Assembly (NCBI GenBank): GCA_013265495.1
Contig: MU059938.1
Coordinates: 3,234,349 to 3,298,348, forward strand
DNA length: 64,000 bases
Direction: 5' to 3'
Source of the DNA: Vicugna vicugna
Taxonomy: Eukaryota
This document shows, one piece after another, positions 50,820 to 61,272 of this stretch; within the stretch, counting starts at the first letter, position 1; the number at the start of each line of letters is the position of its first letter. The position numbers and the translations under genes are program-made. The notes under the pieces were generated by a model. That model did no database searches. It saw only the letters and a program-made list of their open reading frames with translations, and was not told where the DNA came from.

Positions 50820-51150
50820 ATTAAGGTAAATAATGCTCACTGCTGCAGCAGACAAATCCTGAAATCTCAGCTTAGGCAACACGGTTCTATTTCTTGCTCA
50901 TGTAATGTCTGAGGCAGGCGAGCATCTCTCCTTAGAGCCTCACCATCTGGGATGTGTGGCCTCCAAAGTGGCCTTGGATGCTTAGAAGAGGAGGACAGGA
51001 GGAGACATTCTGGCTGCTCATTGCTTCTGCCAGGGATGGGGGAGTGTCATCACTTCTGTTGACAGTTCAGAGGTGCCTGCCAGTCCCATGACTGGGCAAC
51101 GCAGAGAAGTCCTTGGAATAAGTGGTCAAAATCAGCGGTATCTCCATGGA
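50820..51150 (-). mobile_element. MLT1-family LTR remnant
   Basis: aataatgctcactgctgcagcagacaaatcctgaaatctcagctt...ttctatttcttgctcatgtaatgtc. Confidence 0.65.
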
Positions 51151-51311
51151 TATTATATGCTAAAGCAGGAAGTCTGCAGGGACACCTGATGTGGTGGCCA
51201 TCGGACTAGGGGCAGTGTCTGGAGTAGGAGAAGAAAAGCATTGTCTTCTCTTTGCTAAGAGAAGCTTCGCCCTTCTAGAAAGCTTCCTTTTTTCCTTCCT
51301 CTTGGCCTCAG

Positions 51312-51364
51312 GTCTCGTCCCCTGCCTGTTGAAGACCAACTCCTTACTACAGAGTGGGGCCCAG
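51312..51364 (+). other. Candidate 53-nt exon of an unidentified + strand transcript
   Basis: Acceptor cttccttttttccttcctcttggcctcag|GTC and donor CAG|GTGAGA. Confidence 0.35.
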
Positions 51365-52925
51365 GTGAGAGGCCTTCTGCTGATGGCTCAAGTCAAATTC
51401 TGGTTGAAGCCAGAAGAGGCAAGGGAGGGTGTGTGTGGGCCACAGTCTGGCTCGTGTAGATATGGGTCAGGTAGGAGCCTGGGATCAAAACGGTGGGTAC
51501 AAATAAGGTATGGATTGTCCTGGATGATTCCAAGTGCTCTCAGATTCCTGCAACAGCACAAGGCCAGGGGAGCTTTTGGAGAGCCCAGACCGGCGTCTAC
51601 CCTCACCGCCTGCTCTTGTCATCCAAGACGAGAATACAACTCACGTGAAGAGGTGACTTTGGAAATACAATTCGGGGCTTCAGAGCACAGCTACTTTTGG
51701 AGGGTTTGTCCCAGTGCCTGGCAGCCAGGGGGAGGCTCTGTCCGCTGGGCTCCGCTCTGGGCATCCCCCCACGCCGGGCAGTGGCAATCAGCTTGCAGGT
51801 CAGCCCCCTTCTCCGCGGCTCCGGTGGCGGGGGAGCTGGGGCTGAAAAGGCCCTTTGAACAGGATGCAGGCCAGCTTCGTCAGCCTGCTGTGTCCTGAAT
51901 CTACTGCTCTGTCCCTCTGTCACTCAGAGCTGGCTGGAAATTCTGACTACTCTCATTTGATTTTGTGGCACTTGAGAAATCTGTGACTGAGGCCCACGAG
52001 GTAAGAGACAAAGGTTTGGAGTCATACAGACTTAGTGGCCGAGACTCAGAAATCTCCATGTGCACTCACATCGCCCGGGCACTCCCTGACCACGGGCAGA
52101 TGGGACTCGCTCTGCGAGGGAGCGATGGCTGGGAGCGTTTCCTATTTCTCTTCCTCTGCTCTGTGGGCCTGGCATCCAGGTCTTTCTGGTGCTAGAAACT
52201 TCACTGTCAGCCTGGGCCTCTGGGTCCTGTCGGGAGGACTATGGGGAGCCACCACCCCCAAACCTGAGTAAGGCAGGTACAGGAAGGAAAAATGAATGCT
52301 TTGGTGCGCTAAGCTATCAGCATTTCAGATTTTATGACTAACGTAGGACTTATAATTGCATCTGGGCTCTGCCACTCGCTATTTTGGCCTCCATTTCCTC
52401 ATCTGGAAAGTGGGGATCATAACATAATTTTTGTCTGCCCCGCGTCCATTCCTTCTGGGCAATGCTCCTCATACTCTTACGCCACAAGGTTCTTGTGGTG
52501 TCACTTCAGGCCAGCCAATCAGGGGGCTGCCATCTCTTGGACACACGGACTGGGTCAAGGGGTAGGCAAGTGCCCCCCAGATGGCTAATGAGCGTCTGCG
52601 TTCAGGGCAGGCTTGGATGTTGTAAGACAGGGCCTCTTCCTGTGAAGGCCTGGAGCTGTGAGACGTCACCTTTCCCATGCAGAGAAGACAGCAGATGGAA
52701 ACTGGATACTGAGAGAAACAAGTTCCATCTAGCCCTGGACTTTCCTATACATCATCCAAGAAATCAATTTCCCTCTCACTCTCTCTTTCTCTCTCTCCCT
52801 TCTTTTTCCTTAAGGGAGTTTAAGTTGCACTTTAATCACTTGCAACTGAAAGAGTCCTGTTCAATGTCCCTACCTTGGACAGTTGTTACAAGGATGAAAT
52901 AAAACGATGCACTGAAGTGCCTGCC

Positions 52926-53376
52926 ATGCAACAGGGATGCACCTGGAGATCGTCATACTAAGTGAAGTAAGCTAGAAAGAGACAGACAAATGCCATAGGG
53001 TATCACTCATATCTGGAATCTTACAAAATGACACAAATGAACTTATTTACAAAACAGAAACAAACTCACGGACATAGACAACAAACTTATGGCTACCAGC
53101 GGGGAAAGGGGATGGTGGAGGGATAAACTTGGGAGTTCAGGGTTTGCAGATAATAACTACTACATGTAAAATAGATAAACAACAAGGTCCTACTGTATAG
53201 CACAGGGAACTCTATTCAGTACGTTGTAATAGCCTATAATGAAAAAGAACAGGAAAATGAATATATATATATATGTAACTGAATCACTATGCTGCACAGC
53301 AGAAACTTACACGATATGGTAAACCGACTATACTTCAATAAAAAAATAAAATAAAACAAAGCAAAACAAATAAATA
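52926..53376 (+). mobile_element. 5'-truncated L1 3' end inserted in the tail of a MIR, with an 11-bp TSD
   Basis: TSD AAGTGCCTGCC at 52915-52925 and 53377-53387. Internal gtcatactaagtgaagtaag...acaaggtcctactgtatagcacagggaac...cttcaataaaaaaataaaa. MIR-like sequence lies immediately upstream. Confidence 0.93.
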
Positions 53377-55179
53377 AAGTGCCTGCCGTCTTACAAGCGC
53401 TCCCAACATGATTGCTGTCATGACGGAGGCTGGTTGGTAGGGGGCTCTGGTCCTGAGCACATTATCTTGCTTATTCCTTATTCTCGACCCTCTAGGCAGC
53501 CTGAAGATCTGGCTTAGCTCACAAGCTGAGATCACGTGGCCGGGGGGGCCCCTCAAGCCCTTTCCGCCTGGTTGCACACAGTTGCTGTGCCCTTTGCTGC
53601 CTCTGGGGGCTGTGCTGAGTCGCAGCTCTGTGCAGACTTTTACTGCATATGCTCTAGTGACATTGCCTCTGGCTTCACTCAGGGTCCCACCTAAAAAGAT
53701 GCCTTAAGAAATTTTTCTCAGACGCATATAGGAAGGAAAGCTTGACTCCCCTCAAGGTGACCAGCTTTTTCACTCTTTTCGTCAGAGAAGACTGAATTCA
53801 CACTCCCAGGGGTTGGAGGCATAGCCCTCAGCACAATGAGCACAGTTTCTTCTGTTTTATGTTAAAAATTCACGTGACTTTTTGTATTCTTTTCTGCTAG
53901 ACATCCATGTTTATTTTTATGGATGCTGTAAATCCTGTATCAGATTACTTTGATCGCCTCCGATGCTGACATGAAATTTATGGCTCCTCTTTAAAAACGA
54001 TGGCCAGAGCAGCTAGGCTACACCCGACATCCTTGTCTTGATCTTCTAATTGCTGCACAATTTCTCTGGTTCTGATTTTAGTTTATTTATAGCTTTCTAC
54101 TTTATGGTATATTTTCTTGTGAATTGCCTCAGCTACTTTGTGGAAATAGACGGGTTATGAATAAGTAAAAGCATTCATATAAACATAAAAAAAAAGAATT
54201 GGCAGGCTTGAAAACGATACCATATGAGTACACAGGATGTGTACTTGGTTTCCTTCGAATAGACATCTTACCCCTCCAACCTCAGCTGAATTGAAGCTAT
54301 ACATCGAACAAAAACAAAAAAAGGTGTTTAAAATTTCAACAGAAACAGCTCCAAAAAAAGCATAGCTAATATTCTTGTTATCCACAGAAAATCAAAAGTC
54401 CTAATTTGAAGAGCATACCGATTTGGGAGGACAGATGTTGGAATCAGCATTTGAAGGAGTGGGTCTATTTGCTTCCTTTTTTACCAAAGGCAATAAAGAA
54501 AAATATTTTTAACAGAAGTGCTCATTATATTTTCAGCTTCACACGTTGGGACAGAAACTGTGTAATAGCAATCTTTACGACGTAGATCTAAAACCGAGTT
54601 ATCTGGTTCTTCGGACACCCTTAGAAGCACTGAGAAGCTCAAAAATGCAGCCTGAGGGCTACAAATCTAACGCCTGTTTATTTACCTGTCTCCCCTCCTG
54701 AGCAACATTCTCCAGGAGGACTGGACCTTGTCTGCACGATTTCCTGTTTTACTCCCAGGACTGGCATGGTCCTCCCCATGGGAGGCACCCAGTAATTACT
54801 TGTGCAATGAATCACGACTATCTCCCCTCTTCCTGTGAGAGGAAATTTGCTGTGTACCGAGGGCCAAGCCGTTGCTGGCTCCATTCCTTCTGCTATCATT
54901 TCTTCTTCACCAGTTGGATTCTGTGCCATTACTTAAGGCAAGAATTCTTAAAATGGGATGAGATTCAGAAGGTCCTTGCACCCATTGCAAATGTATGGAA
55001 AGATTTGTATGTTGGGTACATTTTGTGACAAGAGCATCTGTAGCTTTCAGGAGGGTTTCAAAAGTGCTTGTGACTTTGAAGGTGTTAGTTGTTTAGTATA
55101 GTGCCATGTCCAGAGTCCATGCTTGGTTAATATATGTAGTCTGGTGGTTGAGATTTTGTGTTTCCCAGTCAGAAATAGC

Positions 55180-55340
55180 TAAGTCAGCTGGGCAATCTGG
55201 CCTAAGAATTTAATCCCTTTAAATTCTCTTAATTTCTTTACCTGTAAAATGGGAATAATAATACCTAACAGAATATTGTGAGGATTAAATGAGATAACAT
55301 TAAAGAATGCTTGACCCATGGCAAGCACTCAGTTAATGGA
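55180..55340 (+). mobile_element. MIR SINE
   Basis: tttacctgtaaaatgggaataataatacctaacagaatattgtgaggattaaatgagataac. Confidence 0.85.
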
Positions 55341-55752
55341 GCTATTGTTTTTGTTGGAGTCAGTCAATTACATCATATTTCAGAGACCATTATCACATCC
55401 TCGTCAGGACCAATTCTCATGATAATAATTTTTGTTCTCCAAAATGAAATGAAATATATAAGAAACTTTAAAAAGATTATTCTATTTTCATGCAGCAGCA
55501 TGATGGAATGATTTTGGAATGCAACAGAGACAAATACAAGGGGAAATAAAGGCAAGGATTCATCTGTCTTGTTTTGGATCAGAGAGGAAGTCAAGGTGGT
55601 GAAAGGGGAATCCGGTCTTTGTAGAAACTTTTCTAGTCTCTTTCTCCCTCCCTCCAAATCTCATCTTTGTCACCGTGCACACACACATGCACACACAACA
55701 ACACATTTTCAGAAAGATCATGTCCTGGGAGTTAGTGTTCATCTCTATGAAT

Positions 55753-56405
55753 CCTTCTTTAAAATAGATTAACCCTATGATCCAGCAATCCCACTCCTGG
55801 GCATATATCCAGAGAGAACTCTAATTCAAAAGATGCNNNNNNNNNNNNNNNNNNNNNNNNNNNNNNNNNNNNNNNNNNNNNNNNNNNNNNNNNNNNNNNN
55901 NNNNNNNNNNNNNNNNNNNNNNNNNNNNNNNNNNNNNNNNNNNNNNNNNNNNNNNNNNNNNNNNNNNNNNNNNNNNNNNNNNNNNNNNNNNNNNNNNNNN
56001 NNNNNNNNNNNNNNNNNNNNNNNNNNNNNNNNNNNNNNNNNNNNNNNNNNNNNNNNNNNNNNNNNNTCATATGTGAAATCTTAAAAAAAAACCAACAACA
56101 TACTAATGAACTACAAAACAGAAACAGACTCACAGACATAATAAACTTATGGTTACTAGGGGGAAAAGGGGGTAGGAAGGGATAAATCAGGAGTTCAATA
56201 TGTGCAAATACTAACTACTGTATATAAAATAGATGAAAAGCAAATTTCTTCTGTATAGCACAGGGAAATATATTCAATATCTTATTGTAACCTATAATGA
56301 AAAAGAATATAAAAACTATTATATGTGTGTGTGTGGATGAATGAAATATTATGCTGTATACCAGAAATGGACTCATTGTAACTGACTATACCTCAATTAA
56401 AAAAT
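55753..56405 (+). mobile_element. 5'-truncated L1 3' end (central part masked)
   Basis: tatgatccagcaatcccactcctgggcatatatccagagagaactctaattcaaaagatgc...ctgtatagcacagggaaatatattc...gactatacctcaattaaaaaa. Confidence 0.92.
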
Positions 56406-59400
56406 ATGATTCTGGATTCAGCCTCTGACTCCCCTAATTTCTGAACAGGGTGTCATCAAAGGAAGAATACCCAAAGTGTGAAGTTTGATACCCCTTGTGC
56501 TTCTTCCCCCCACATTCTTTGAATGACTTTTTTTCCTAGTTCCATTGTGTCTAAGAATAATTTTTTTAAAAGATTTTTGGCTTAACCAATAAAAACCAAC
56601 ACCTGCTTATGTCAGGGACGTCACCAGCTGTGGTCTGTGTGCTCATGTGATTACTCAGATTGTGGTCCAAGTTCTCCTTTCCTTTGAAAATCTCCTGTAA
56701 CACTTGTGAGACAAAAACATGTAACATAAAAAAGTCTTCCTTAGTTTTAAGAAGGAACATAAGGCACAGTGGAGTGATGCTTCTAGATTTTTTAATGTGT
56801 GCTTATTTCTCTTTAAAAGCAAAATTGGAGATGAGGTGTTACATGGTTATAATTGGACTTAAAATTTTGTGCTACAAAGGCATATTGGAGCCCATCTATT
56901 CCCAATCCTTAATATTTCAAAGGAGAAAATCAGAATCCAGAGATAATGTGAGACTCGGCCAAAGCCACATGACTGTTTTCCCTTCTCCCATCCCTGGCTA
57001 GTGGCAGGGCTAGGCTGTGATAGGCTCATAGGGTTGACTATGTAGCACCAGCTTCATAATTAATTAAATGAAATTAGCAAACTAGTTTTTGGACCATTTT
57101 CTGGCCCTTGGGCCTCCATCACCTTCTAGGGGGCCTGTCTTTTGTACCACTTCTTTCCTGAGGGGTTTTATACTCATCTGGTTGAGATAACATATTGCCA
57201 CCAAACTAATGATTGGTTTAGAACAGCATTTCCAAAAGTGCTTTTTCTGTGGGCCATTAGTTGGCATTCTCTGGGGGGAAACAGATGATGCTTGAATGAA
57301 TTTTGAAAATGCTGTACTTAACAAATATATATAATTATTACCTACAGAGCTTCTCAGAGCCTTTAATGTGTTATTGTGCATCACGTGCACCTAGAAGTGG
57401 GGTAAGGACATCATATTTTCAGAGCTTAACTTGACATGGAACATTCTCTCATCTCTCCTGAATCCCAGCATCTGAGAATGAATGAGGCTTAAGGTGTTAT
57501 CCTTCCAGAGACATTTGCATTTTAATAAGGGATCCTTATTCCTTATTTTTTTTGTCAAGCTCCTTATTTCTATATCTTAGGATATAAAATCTTTCAGGCA
57601 GGGAAACTGTCACTCACCTCTAAGTCACCAACACTTAACCTAATACCATACACAGTTTCTGGCACACAGAACAAATAGCACGAGATCCACCTGTAATTGT
57701 TAAACGAGTAAAAGAAAAAGATTTCAAGCCCCATAAGGCTTACTTGCTGGAAGTAGAATTTGAGCCATCAGTGGCAACCACATTAACCTTCCGTTACTCT
57801 TCATTTTTGAATCATCTATTCCATAGCTCTGGGGCAAGAGTTATTAAAAAAATTGATAAAGAAAATGATTAAGAAAAAATATGGTATGATTACATCCTTT
57901 TCCCTCCCTTGCTCACTGAAGGAAAGCTAATTCTTACTAGCTTGTGACGTATACTTAGAGTAATAGGTAGAGAAAACAGAGACAGAAAAGCAAAAATGGG
58001 AAAATGACATAGAGAGGGACTGAGATTTAGAAAAGAAGGATGGAAATGGAAACAAAGAGGGTGGAGAGGGAGACAGGAACCAGAAACGTGTGGTAGCTGG
58101 GAGAGTTCTTGGTTGGGGGGCAGAGTGGGAAAGATTTGGTCTAAGGAAGAGAAGCAGCTGTCTTTGGATGGATGGTGAGGATGGCACAGGTGGAAAGAAG
58201 GATTTCCAAGGTATTTTCTGTGTAACACACTTTCTGCTTGGGAAGTTTCATGAATGTTAAAGTAAAATCTGGAAATGTTTTTGTATTTTTTTTTATTCCC
58301 CTCTTGGACTTCCCTCTAGAGATTGGGCAATGGGAGACATAAAATTAGGGTTACACTGCCAGCAGGACAGAGACATGAGAGAGAAACAGAACCTTATCAC
58401 ACTTTCTGTTTCCCGTGAGATGGGAGACATTTTCGCTCGTGAAACAACTGCATACATTTCTCATCATCCACTCCCACTTTGTGTTCCCCCAGTTGCATAC
58501 CAAAACAGAAGTACATGGTTGCCTTTATTAAGGCTTATTCTTTTAGTTGATTTTGTCAATTTGTAGACAAAATCATGACTGGTAAAGAAAAGCTGTTTTA
58601 CAATGTGCACATACCTATACGCCATAGAAATAGATTAATGTGAAACCGCCTCACCTGTGGACAGTTTTCTCTGGAACAAAATATCTAGCACTGCAGAGTC
58701 CTTTACCAGGTCTCATGGAGGGTTTATATGATTCTGAATAATCTTACGTCAACCCAAAATTTTGATGGTGAGCTTCTCGTGACATCACTATCCTTGATGC
58801 AAATATGGCCACCATGTTTACCCAGGCAAGTGTGAGTTCCCCAAACACTGAGATGGCAGTTCTTTGTACTGGCAAGGTGGTATCTGGGGGAACCTGCCTA
58901 CTTCTGGCTTGGGTTATCTAAAGCTACCTAGGTAACCTGCTACGGAAATCTTCCGCCTACCTCGGAAAACACACCTGACTTTAATTGTATGAGTTCCTTT
59001 GCTTAACAAAGTGTTAGTAGCAGTTGCTGGGCTCAGTAGGAAGGAGGGGAATAAATTGGGAAGAATGTGGCACCAAGTTTAACTCAGTTCACCTAACATT
59101 TGTTGAGCAAGAATTATGTGCCAAGATACAAATACAAATGAGTGTCCTAGCCTACAGAGAGGGAAAAGAAGGAAGGAGAAGGGTAAAATGGGTTAGAAAA
59201 GAGAGACTGAGAAGGGAAAAGGGGGAGAGAAGGAGGTGAAATAGAGGGAGAGGAAGGTAAGGCAGAGAAAGGTATTAATAGAAGCGCACAGAAAGGGAGC
59301 AGTAAGTTAAAGGAGAGAACTGTCAGAGGAAAAGGAAGGAAATGATGAGAGAAAGAAAAAAAAGAGAGAGAGAGGGAGACGGAATGGTCAGAAACGATCC

Positions 59401-60967
59401 AAGAAAAGTCAAGACAAAGAGAATGGGGGGTTTGGAGAGCACCAGTTTTACATCTGCTAAAGAGGTTAATCGACAAAGACTCGCCCTGCTGTCTGTGTTC
59501 TTAATCTGTATGAACAGAAAGTGGGAGAAAATCGCGCTGTTAGAGTTACAGGGTGTGTAAACAGATTTAGAAGGTTTATACATTGAGTCAGTAAACTAAA
59601 CTAAAAGGTTATCACAGATTTTGCTTTTGGAAACTTTTTCTGGGGGAAAAAAAAATACCAACCCAACCCAAACCACAAAAACTAGATTCACAGTAAACAC
59701 GTAATAAAAAGGCAGTGGGTGTTTCCTTTCTTTTTCATGTGACTTACACGTGCCTTTTCTTTTCTGGGAAGGAAGTGTTTCTCGACTACAAGTTGAGGCA
59801 ATTCATCATATTCAGTAAAGTCACAGTGGCTGTAAGTCCTCATTATGACTGAGAAAGGAAAGGGTGAAAATGTAGTTGAGGGCGGATAAAAGTGGTCTCT
59901 TGTTTATAGTTGGTACGTTGTACTACTCTCAGTGGATTTTTTTGAGAAAAAATTTTGCTGTCTTTTAAATATGTGGTTAAGAGTGGAGTAAACCCAGGTG
60001 TTTGCTAAACTAGAGAACTGGTTTCTAATCCCAGATCTCTCGGGCAGGTGTTACTTGAAGGTATCTCAAGTGATAAAATACAGACAGCTGACAATTGGTC
60101 ATCACCCGAGAGGGATGGCAATGGAGGTGCTGGGAAGTGCCATCAATCATGCTATTATAAGCACTTACGACTCTCTGGAGTGAGAGTAAATTGGTGAGCC
60201 GAGATCTGTTGTCCCATCTCTTTCCAGGGTGTTAGCCTATCCGTGGATGCGGAGAACTGTGTCTTTTGTCCAGCTGTGCTCAACACTAAAGCGTTCAACA
60301 GTAATAGCAATCATGCTGGTGGGATTTGGTGCTGGGGGAATTCTCTGTGCTGGGAGCTGGNNNNNNNNNNNNNNNNNNNNNNNNNNNNNNNNNNNNNNNN
60401 NNNNNNNNNNNNNNNNNNNNNNNNNNNNNNNNNNNNNNNNNNNNNNNNNNNNNNNNNNNNNNNNNNNNNNNNNNNNNNNNNNNNNNNNNNNNTTCTGCAA
60501 AGCTGATGAGCTGAAGAAAATAGAAATGGAAAGTTTAATGTAANNNNNNNNNNNNNNNNNNNNNNNNNNNNNNNNNNNNNNNNNNNNNNNNNNNNNNNNN
60601 NNNNNNNNNNNNNNNNNNNNNNNNNNNNNNNNNNNNNNNNNNNNNNNNNNNNNNNNNNNNNNNNNNNNNNNNNNNNNNNNNNNTAGAGCAGGTTTTCAAG
60701 CTGGAGAGAGAGAGAGAGATCATGCTCAAATACAAGGGGGCAAAAATCTGTACGGTTTCATTTCTATCAGTTGAAAAAAGACTCATGTCCCCTCCCAAAC
60801 TCTTTTCTGAGGACAACCCAAGACACAAGGAAACATTATAAGAAAATGTAAAGGAGACCCAAAGGGAACTGGCGAGTGGAGAGCTGCTTAAGATACGGAA
60901 ATTGGTAGTTCAGGATTGTGCTGCACAATCATTCCTATGTTTAGAGAAAAATATTTCTAAACATCGT

Positions 60968-61272
60968 ATGCCCTGGGAACACAGGGAACTAAAACGAACA
61001 CCCAACAGAAAAGGCACTCTGATTTCACCGCCAAACTGGCTGTGTCCTCCAAAGTCTAGTCTTGGGAATTTTTCTAGGGTGCATAGAGAAAAAAAAAAAA
61101 CCCAAAGTTCTGGGCAAGGAAATGCCCTGGGAACACAGGGAACTAAAACGAACACCCAACAGAAAAGGCACTCTGATTTCACCGCCAAACTGGCTGTGTC
61201 CTCCAAAGTCTAGTCTTGGGAATTTTTCTAGGGTGCATAGAGAAAAAAAAACACCCACAGTTGTGGGCAATG
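60968..61272. repeat. Head-to-tail tandem duplication, period 154 bp
   Basis: 60968-61097 is identical to 61122-61251 over 130 bp. After the A-run the copies diverge (cccaaagttctgggcaagga vs cccacagttgtgggcaatga). Confidence 0.97.
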
